Shown: positions 50,057 to 59,058 of the stretch, in pieces | Layout: every line of letters begins with the position of its first letter | Numbering within the stretch: position 1 is the first letter of the stretch | Origin: Leidyana gryllorum EB-2025a | Lineage: Eukaryota; Protista; Apicomplexa | Length of the DNA: 64,000 bases | Assembly: GCA_048772705.1 (NCBI GenBank) | Contig: JBLWGC010000213.1 | Span: 248,001 to 312,000, forward strand | Direction: 5' to 3' | Notes under the pieces: generated by a model | What the model was told of the DNA's origin: nothing | The model's input: the letters and a program-made list of their open reading frames with translations, nothing else | The model's database searches: none | Position numbers and translations under genes: made by a program

Positions 50057-51394
50057 TCATAGCATTGAATATAACAGCGATACTGCACAAAGACCCTCAG
50101 ATATCAATTCCACTGCACCACTGCCTTCGCCCTCTGAGGTGCTGCCGTCTCCAACACTGGTGCTCGGGTTTCCACCACCACCGGTAGTGAACCAGCCGCC
50201 GCCCGAAGTTGTTTCCCAGCCGCCGCCCGAAGTTGTGTCCCAGCCGCCAGCGCCGTTAGTTGTGGCCTCCGTGCCGTCAGTAGCGGGGGGTACCCAGCCG
50301 GAGTCGCTGGTTGTAGTGGGGGCGGGAGTGACTATACTGCCTCCAGCGCAGGGCTGCATGAGTCTGTTGGCCTCGCTGAAGAAGTTCTCTTTATTGGCGT
50401 AGTCATACTTCCAGAACATAAGTCCGCCTCTGTAGCCGATTTCGTTCCAAGCCTTGCAAGCCCAGTCGCGGACGTCATTCAAGTTCATCCACTGATTGGA
50501 AGACTCCACATGATTGACAGCGAATGGCTTAGACCACACGAAACGGTGTTTGGGCAAACCGGTGTTGGCCCAGACTTGGGAAACAGCAACTTGCGGGAAC
50601 CAGTCGTGGGACTGAATGAAGGCTTCCTGATAATTCGCGCCGTTCCATCCACCCTGGTTGTAGTATTGAGTCAAGAAAATCAGATCGTCATTGTCCTGGG
50701 CGATCTTGATGAAATCCCAGTTTCCACCAGCCCACACACGACTCCACAGAGGCGCTTCGGGAGCAGTTGTGAGGAAGTTGATATAATTCTTGCACCGCTT
50801 TGTCGCCTTCATCATCCAGTCATAAACCCTATCATTCGCAGCATAGTTCTGGTGGATAGATTCCATATTAAAGTCCAGAGCGGTAAAACCTTGGGTCTTG
50901 GCGTAGCCACAAACATCGTCAGCATATGCTGTGTCACAGTGATTGATTGGCTGGGGACACAAAGTGAGGACTCACACTCTGCGTTCTGCTGAAGCCAAGT
51001 GTCTCCAGCGGTAGCGCCTCCTGTGGAAAGTCCCAAGTAGGCACCATTGCGGGCAGCAGCAGCGATAGCGGCGTCCTTCTCCGATTGATTCATGTCGGCC
51101 CAGCGCTTCACTGAATCCGCTACCTTGTCGGGCCATGCGGGAGCACCGATCAGGTAGAAGGCGAGGTGGACCACACTGATGCCCGAATCGAACATACGCA
51201 CCAGATCCTGCGACTGCTGAGCAGGCGTGTAGCTGACTCCCGCGGACTCGGAGTGATAGATATAAAGCGGAAGCTTGTTCCCAAATAGGGGGCTGATGAA
51301 GAGGAGATCGAGTGGTGTATTGCACTTTTTGACACTGTACTCACTGATCTCCCGCGACTGCGCTAATGAGTGCTGCGATAGAAAGAATCTTCAT
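50057..51394 (-). CDS. GH18 chitinase-like protein C with Gly/Thr/Trp linker and probable GPI signal, 2 introns
   Basis: MKILSIAALISAVAG signal; ALDFNME; YRGGLMFWKY; C-terminus SEGEGSGAVELISEGLCAVSLLYSML-stop. Confidence 0.8.
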
Positions 51395-51416
51395 GATGTT
51401 ACAACCGAATTGATGC

Positions 51417-51423
51417 GCACGTC
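51417..51423 (-). promoter_or_regulatory. GACGTGC motif upstream of chitinase C
   Basis: 22 nt upstream of the ATG; shared with A and B. Confidence 0.4.
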
Positions 51424-51479
51424 CCTCTCGAAACGCGATCCTCACATTACATGTAACACCAAGAGGCGTGTAGTAAAGT

Positions 51480-52539
51480 TCACATTGGGACTCCCGCTTC
51501 GGAAGTCTTGAGGATTGCAAAACCAGTGCTCCCATCACAATTCGAGAATAACAACTTCATATGGGTGAGCAAACCTTTCTCTCTATGGAGATACTTATAT
51601 AATGCTACCCCGGCTGAGTAACCAAATTCCTGTTCTGCCTCACAAACCCATTCGTGCACAACTCCCAAATCCGTGAATCCACCGGCAAATACCATCCTCG
51701 TGGCACTCGGCTTTGTCAAGGTCCACCGGTCGAGGCGGCCGTCCTTTGTCCGGTCAACGACTTGCTGGATAGCCATTCCCTCCCAGCTCCGTTGATCTGA
51801 GCGTCTGAACGCTTGCCAATACTCCAAAGGATTGGCTGCAATTAGCGAAGGTTACACACACACAAGGAGACACCATCGCGCACTCACCATCATATCCATT
51901 GAAATACCAAATATAAAAGTGCTCCACATCGGGCAAGTGTTGGGCAACATAGACGTACCCGCCACTGTCACCCGTCCAAGAGTCAGATACGTATGCATAC
52001 ATCAATGAATGAGTGATAATATCGACATGTTCAGCACATCTCTTCGAAGCTGTGATGATCCAATCGAGTTGTGTGCGGGGGGTACCAACGTCCATATTTC
52101 TCATCATCCAGTCAACTCCACCGTAGTCATGCGCTTTTGCGTACTTGCAGGCCTCATCAGCAGTGTCTGCATCGGAATGAAGGTCACAGATCACAATTTT
52201 AGTACCTTTTGGGTCCAAGGTCCACCAGTTCTGCGAGAAATCTCCTCCGATAGAGAGGAGTAGTTGGGTGTTTGAGACTTTTAACTTGTCAATAACATTT
52301 GCCTTCTTCTCGTCCTGCAGCCTCTCCCAAGCCAAAGCACTATTGGCAACGTGATCAGGCCACGTGTCGTTGTTCAGTATGTAAGACATCATGATGACTC
52401 GACTAGCGCCTGTGAAGGCGACGGACATGAGATCATCGGCCAAGGCGTCGCCACTTCGGGTCCAGTCATCAAAGTAGATGCCCAGAGACGTGGCGCTGAC
52501 TGTCCATACTAAGGTGAAGGGTAGCAGGAAGGCTCCCAT
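51480..52539 (-). CDS. Divergent GH18-fold protein D lacking the catalytic Glu (chitinase-like lectin/pseudoenzyme)
   Basis: Signal peptide; LLLSIGG; YGGVDWMMR in place of DGxDxDxE; ITHS, FYIWYFN, WTLTKP, DLGVVHEWVCEA..GYSAGVALYKY align with A-C. Confidence 0.72.
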
Positions 52540-52562
52540 TGTCGTGCATGCGTGCGGTTCAT

Positions 52563-53913
52563 TCAGTTATGCAACCTGATGGTGCGGCCGCATATGTCAA
52601 TAGTATTCTGCCGACCTCCAGTGCGAACTTGACGTGAATGCTCTCTCCGCAGCTCAAATGTGCGATTCGTCTTGAAGGGTGTGTATGGAACGCGACGGGG
52701 CGGCCAATTCTGCTCAGTACCAAAAGCCCGCCGCAGATTGATACCTTTGGTCGATGTTTCGAGTCTTCCAATCTCCTTTTCTCCCGCTACGGGCCGAGGC
52801 AATACTCGCCGCACGGGCGGTTTGCAGAGTCTGTCGTAGAAATCATTTAACTTTTGTGTCGCGGGGTCCACGGACGACGATCTGCTGCAGTCGCCTTTGG
52901 CCGGGGCGGCAGTGGCCTGCGGCATGAGAGCGGTTGTGCTGCGTCGGACCCGCGGCATTCGTGTTTGGACCAATTCTGTCGTGACGGCGGCTTGTGCACG
53001 AGTGCTGCGTTCTAAGCTCTTATCCGCTAGATACCCTGGCAAATCCCCTCGGGCGAGTTTCGAAAAACGTGCCTGAGCTACCGCTCGACTCTGTCGCAGT
53101 GCGTTGATTCTCTCTGCCTTATCCTGTAGATCGTGTCCGAGAGGCGTGGGTGCTCTGGGCTTCTCGGTGGGAGCCGATTTCAATGCTTTTAGGAGATTCT
53201 GCTCAATCTCCACCATATCCTCCACCGTACGTGCCTGGGCGACTATGGGAAAGTGATGTGGCCAACACTGACATTGTCTTACTCTGATCGTCAATTTCGC
53301 TCAACGTTGTCTTTGGGAGGGCACTGCTGCCCTTTTTGGACGTAGGCGACTTGCTGGGTGGGACGAAGGCCACAGTCTTGGCACGTGGAGTGATTCGTTT
53401 GAGCGGTGCGTTCGGCAGAGGGGGGCGGCCCCGGTGGCGTTGGGGGGGAGGTGCTAGTCGGGGTGGGATCACTATATTTGGTGTGTGATAGAGAGTTGCT
53501 GAGGGGTCGTAACTGGCTGCTGACTGTGAACTCCGGGCGCTGCATAGGGGCGCGGGGGACTCCATGTAAGCTGGGGATGAAGACGAGTCTTTTCGGGCCG
53601 ACATGATACGAATATGTGAGAAGGTTTGTCGTAATTGCGAAGTTCTCTCAGGAGGACTCATTCGCTTCCATAGCTGAGACTGCTTCACCAGCAGTGTCAC
53701 AAGACTCAGAAGCAAACGACACGACGTGTCGAATCCCGCTTGATCGATAAGCTCCGATATGCTTCGTGCGAGACGTCCATCTATATACTTTGTCCCCGAA
53801 CCAACTGACTCTGCTTCAATATGTGGTGGGGAGCACCGCGGTGTGTTCAGCTCTGACAGGGATCCCACAGGACTCGCCAATCCGGTCTGACAATCTTTAA
53901 CAGCCGCCACCAT
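52563..53913 (-). CDS. Hypothetical Pro/Ser/Arg-rich protein, at least one intron
   Basis: Frames 53203..54060 and 52563..53294 fill the gap between PPCS and chitinase D; no motif recognised. Confidence 0.55.
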
Positions 53914-53938
53914 CTTTTTCTCTCGGGTGCAATACACG

Positions 53939-55113
53939 TCACATGCGTGCCGTAAATGAAGACAGAAGGGCGTCCACAATGGGCGATTCCAGTGGCGTCC
54001 CGCTCGGACAGGCCTCTCCCACGGCCAATCGTTCGGGTTCGCTCTCCCCGTCCCGGCCACCGCGGTAGAGGAACACTTCTTGGTACCGAGTGTGGAGCAG
54101 ATTGCCGATAACGAGGTCGCAAGCGTTCCCCTTTAGCGATTCCTTCGCTTTGCGGTGGAGAATGCCATCGTCAGTCTCCAATTTGAGTGACACAAAGAAC
54201 GCACTTGGGACCAGTTGCCGAAACAGAGACCTGCGGTGACGCAACATCGAGACCGTTGACGCGACATTCCACCCCTTACAGAAACTTTGGCGTCTTCTTG
54301 AAACTCAGTGTGAAGGTATCGCCGATCTGATCCCCTTGGATCTTGTGCTGGGCCTGTGTGTGTGTGTGATTGCGTGTCCATTTTTGGGGGGAGAAGTGTT
54401 GGGAAAAGTAAACTCACCAAAGCCGAGGTGGGCAGGTAAAAGTCCGAGACGGCAGCTGCAAGAATGACAATCGCTGGCCTATCGGCGAGAGCGCGTCTGA
54501 GTAGGTGGCTGATAGATTTGCCAATAAACACGTGAGGGAGGGACGGCCGAAACTCACTACAAACCGTCCAGATACTCCGAGAGGGTAACGTATGAGCAAA
54601 TCTTGAGCAACGGGCTGTTCCGCTTGGCGAGAAGCTCTTCTCTGTTCGGGCTTTCCGTCACTTTCTCGTCCCTGCGGCGAGCGGGGATGTGGGTCGGGCA
54701 CACCCGCACTTTTGCACTCACCCAGTGTACATCTCGCGGAGGAAAGGTTGTTGAGCCGATTGGCGGTTGAAGAACAGCACATGGTACCCGCGGTTCACGA
54801 ACTGCCTGGGGGGGGTCATGAATAGCATAGCAATAGGGGGCGTGTCTCACTCGGCCAAGGAGGCTCCGCGTCTACCAGTGCTGAAATTCTCCAGGGAGCG
54901 AACAGTATTGGCTTCCAGAGGTATGGATGTGCCTCCAGAGGTTATAAGAACGATTGGTCTGTCTTTTGGTACACTGTCTTGAGACCACTGTATCGCGGAG
55001 GCAACTTTGTCACCATCGGAGGGCTCGCCCAAGTCGGCTGTCTGGAAGATATGGTGGAACCTTTGGTCGAGCTGGTCCAAGGGTTGGCCATGGTGATGCA
55101 GAGTAGCGGTCAT
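53939..55113 (-). CDS. PPCS: Phosphopantothenate--cysteine ligase (CoA biosynthesis), multi-exon
   Basis: [64 protein letters not shown]. Confidence 0.92.
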
Positions 55114-55175
55114 GATGCTAAAAATGGGGATATAAATACGTTTCGTATTCAAGTTGTTAAAGTTGCTGTTGGTAT

Positions 55176-55661
55176 CTATGAACTGCGAGCTTTCAATGAG
55201 TCGAGCTGATCTCGAAGTTTCTTGACGACTCCACTCCATCGCCATAATATGCTGAGAGGGTAACAGTGGATATAATATCATTATTATCAGTTAGTTAGAA
55301 CTTACGCCCACTCTACAATGCACATAAGGCAGAGCCACCAATTGCGTTGGTGGCGTAAAACTCTGGCCTTAAGCTCTTCCAGTCCAGCGAGGTTTCCAGT
55401 TTGGTTCATCATGTTGCGGTTAGAGCGCAGGTTCATGAGGGATAGGGTCTCAGATGCACAGGCAATGATAGCGACAGTCAGCATGATGAGGGGTAGGCGG
55501 ATACGGACAGCATTCTTGCCTTCGCCGAGCTTGAGATTGAGGTTGCAGGTGCGGCTTGCGAGATTCTCAAATACGCGGAAACCTGTGAGATATAATAGTC
55601 CGAGGACGCCTCCTGTTTCCAAGACGCCCCATCTAATGAATGTCCATAGGAAGGTCTGCAT
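55176..55661 (-). CDS. BAP29/BAP31-like ER membrane protein, one intron
   Basis: Three hydrophobic segments; [15 protein letters not shown] (cf. BAP31 FRAQRNLYI); spliced tail [26 protein letters not shown]-stop. Confidence 0.6.
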
Positions 55662-55685
55662 GTACGGTTTAGTCAATTTTTCGTT

Positions 55686-55967
55686 CTAAGAGTTATCGCC
55701 ATATACAAATCTCTGTAGCGTCTCATCTAGAGCTACTACTAACTGGATGTGTCGGACGCTGATGACGTCGGAACCGGTCTCACGAGCACAAGCAACCGAA
55801 TCTTCCAATACTTTGTGGACAAATGCTTGCATAGCCGCCGTGAGGAAGCTGGGGGCGTGGCATCCAATTTTGAGGCGCCCCAATTGACCGGAGTGCTGCT
55901 TAGCTAGAAGTAACTCCTCGATCTCTTGCCTTCTGAAGAAGAGTTTCTTGGGGGGTTGTGAAGCCAT
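55686..55967 (-). CDS. Short H2A-like histone-fold protein (93 aa)
   Basis: KIGCHAPSFLTAAM..VLE..ARETGSDVISVRHIQLVVALDETL aligns with H2A [41 protein letters not shown]. Confidence 0.75.
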   Translation of the reverse strand: MASQPPKKLFFRRQEIEELLLAKQHSGQLGRLKIGCHAPSFLTAAMQAFVHKVLEDSVACARETGSDVISVRHIQLVVALDETLQRFVYGDNS

Positions 55968-55986
55968 TGTCTATTATATCAGTCAG

Positions 55987-57523
55987 TCAGTTGAGGAGGG
56001 ATGGCAGAGACCAAAGCTTCACCACACCTCGCTCGGTACCTGCTGCGAAATAGCCCCCACTTTCACTGCCCAAAAGAGAGACACCGTTAACAGAACAGTC
56101 TCCAAAACGATATATGCCCACCTGAAGTCTGCACAGCTGATACGACCAATCCCTGCACTCGGTCCCGGCCAGTTTTGATAGACATAGAAAGGCGACTCGC
56201 GCGTCTGCACTAATCTGGCTGCGTCACGCGCATAGCTGGAGGCCGCCAGTGTGATCCCAGATCCCTGATGGGTTCTCATCACTGTCACTGGACTCGACTC
56301 CAAATTGTTGAAGATTTTTAACGGCTTCGCGGGATCAGCGTGGTCCACCACACTCACGTGGCCCGAGCTCGCGCCCACCAGCAGCTGCCCGTTCGGCCCA
56401 GCCGACAGAGCCGTCACAGAAAGCACTCCATCCATGTTGGTGCGAGCCACACAACGTCCAGCAGACAGATCCCAGGCGAAGAGCTGTTTGTTCAAGGGAG
56501 AAAAGGCGGTAGTTACTGAACATTACGTTTGCCACACACTCACCAGTCCATCTTCGTCTCCCGAGAATAGTCTATTGTCCACACTTGGATGGTAGCAGAT
56601 GGCTTTATTCTTAGTCATGCTATTATAAACTCGCACTGTCCGCTTAGTGCGCTCGTCTACGTGATATATCCTCCCCCGCTCGTCCAGAGCACAGAGAGTG
56701 TTGTTGAAGGAGACAATTTGTTTCACTCTGTCAGTCTTCTCTTTTCCCACCAACGGGTGAAGTTTCTCGAGCTGTCCACTGAAGTGATCAACAATCAATG
56801 GTGAAGCAGAAGAAAAAGAACCCTTTCGTACCTTCTCTCGGGGTCGACTTTGTATATCACCGAACCATCCGATACGATGTAAACTGCCGATTTATCAGAC
56901 GACCAACAAGCGGTCCATATTGGAGTCTTCTCAATGAACTTGGACTCCAGTAACTCGGAATCATCCATTCCCACGCGGTAAAACTTGAGACGCTTGTCAG
57001 GCCCAGTGGAGAACAGTAGCTTAGAATTAGCGTCACGGTCCCTAAACCCGATGGCAGAGCATCGTGACTCGTGAGTCTGGCCAGCATTCACGTCAGTCCG
57101 GGCGAATATGCCAAGTTGGCCCTTCTTGGAACGGCCGCTACTCGATGACCCCACCACCTTCCCTGAAATAGCCACATCCGCACCTCCCTCGCCGCCCATT
57201 GACGCTGCAGCGTTCTTTTCACGGATGAGGTCCATCCATGACCGGTTGTTAGACTGGACTTTCTTGATAATCTCCCCCTGATACTCTTTCTCAGAAAAGT
57301 ACCGCTTCCGTTGCAGACGGTCCGGGGAGTCCAAATCGCGCTCGCTCAGTTCCAGAGCTCTCAACCGTTTATTCTTCAGGACATCAATTCTCGGCTCGTT
57401 TGGGTCCGCGTCTTCCTCCTGGGGCTCCTTCTTTGGCTCTTTCAGCCCTTCCTCCTCGCCTCCCCGCACAATACCGTCGCCAAATACAATGGCATCCAGG
57501 ATATCCAAATCTGCTGCAGCCAT
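55987..57523 (-). CDS. UTP18: UTP18-like WD40 SSU processome protein, 3 introns
   Basis: LDAIVFG; DKRLKFYRV..SKFIEKTPI; ARLV..VYQNWP..IGRISCADFSESGGYFAAGTERGVVKLWSL matches the UTP18 C-terminus. Confidence 0.8.
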
Positions 57524-57629
57524 CAGGAGGCTTTGGATTTTTTCGACGGGCAAAAAGTGAACCAACTATTCCTCGCCAGTACCATCGCCAGTTCCATCAA
57601 AAAAGCACTCAAAATGCCACCAATCCCAA

Positions 57630-59046
57630 ATGGCCGAACCTCTTCTGTTAACGTGTGATTATCAGGCTACACTCACATGCAGATTGTGTAACACACAGAA
57701 AGCTCGATCCCTTTTCACCACCAAAGTATCCGGGGGGCCGCCAGCTGTCCTCAAACTCTCCAAGTTCTCCCATGGCGACCTACGACTTTTGCTAGCGGGA
57801 GATAAATGTGTGAGGTTAGTTATCAAGGGGGGCAAAGGGGCTAAGATCAATGAAAAATCCCGACTCTCATCAGTGTCTTCTCTCTCGATGCTCTCCTGAG
57901 CAATCCCCCCCAAAGGGATGCACTCGTCCCCGCTGATGCTCACCTGCGACCCAACCAGGGACGTCACGTTTTTCATCAACGTCTCGATCGCACCAAGACC
58001 GGAAGCACATTGACAGGCGAATTTGGAGAGACCTCTGACATTATCATTACAGGTAGGTGGTAAACGGGATATGATCTCTTCATTAACTTTCATTCCACTA
58101 CAGGATGCGAAGGCACTGGACTGAGTATCCGCGACCTACGAGTGCCACTCGACTCGGCCGCCTCCTTTCTGTCGGAACCTCAGTTCCCAGAGCAGCGCTG
58201 GACGCTGCCACGGGGGATCGGTCGGCCCAGCAAAGAGTTGCGACAGGTCGCTTGCTCCCCAGATTACACTACGCTCTATGTACTCACTCACCGCAGCCTG
58301 GTGGCTCTCGATCGTCGTCATCTTGTGGCCCCAAAGTATCAAGTTGACCTGCCAATCTCACGACAAGACAGCTCGACTATGGTCAACTTGGGCAGACGGA
58401 AACTTGGCAGTAAGTCTGCCAATATGGCTACCGAGTACAAAAGTCGTTGTCAGAATGTTCGCCGGCGTGGGTGGCTACTCGAAGTGGGATGACTCTGCTG
58501 GTGGAGTAAGTGGGACGACACTCGAGAGTTCTTATCGCGAACCATCACCCAGTGTAAGCGACGACGCCGATGGTCTCGAGCCTGAAAGAATACGTTCTGC
58601 TTTCCAGCCCGATCGAAATGGAATTGGTAAATCCGATGATCGATCCCTGGTCCACAAACTTGGTTGCAGTTTCGGCCATAGCAGCCCATCCTTTCGACTC
58701 CAAGGTCCTGGTCACCGGTTCGAGCACAGGACTGGTAAATCTTTGGGATGCCCAAGCCATTTGGGAGGCAAACGATGCGGAGACACATGTGTGTCCTACG
58801 AGTTTGTTGGGTCACGACCGGTGAGATGACGCCCCGGCACGGTCAAAGAATGTCTGCAGTTGGGTGTGGAGTTTCGATTTCAGCCGCGATGGTCAGATAC
58901 TGGTGTCTTCAAGTTCAGACGGGTCCACCAGAATGTGGGATCTGGCAGAAGGCACAGAGCTCCACTGTCTTCAGAATTCACAGCAGACTGGGCGGCCGGG
59001 AACAGTTCAGCCGCAGGGCATAGTTCACAGTGCGATAATAGACTAA
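57630..59046 (+). CDS. LST8: LST8/GbetaL-like WD40 protein (TOR complex subunit), 6 introns
   Basis: Introns 57815-57873, 58053-58103, 58410-58453, 58506-58552, 58627-58669 and 58821-58859 give one frame: MAEPLLLTCDYQAT.., LLAGDKCVSVF, IITGCEGTGLSIRDLRVP, GHDRWVWSFDFSRDGQILVSSSSDGSTRMWDL, ending IVHSAIID (cf. LST8 GHQRWVWDCAFS..LVTASSD..ARLW and terminal VCxALxD). Confidence 0.7.
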
Positions 59047-59058
59047 AAACATTTTTGA

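Noticed and set aside
57662-58093. 143-aa minus-strand ORF as an independent gene
   Set aside because: It overlaps plus-strand LST8 exons that have canonical, phase-consistent splice sites.
58142-59046. WRAP53/TCAB1 or TAF5 identity for the WD40 gene
   Set aside because: GHxRWVW motif, N-terminal LLTCDY and the C-terminal ending fit LST8 better.
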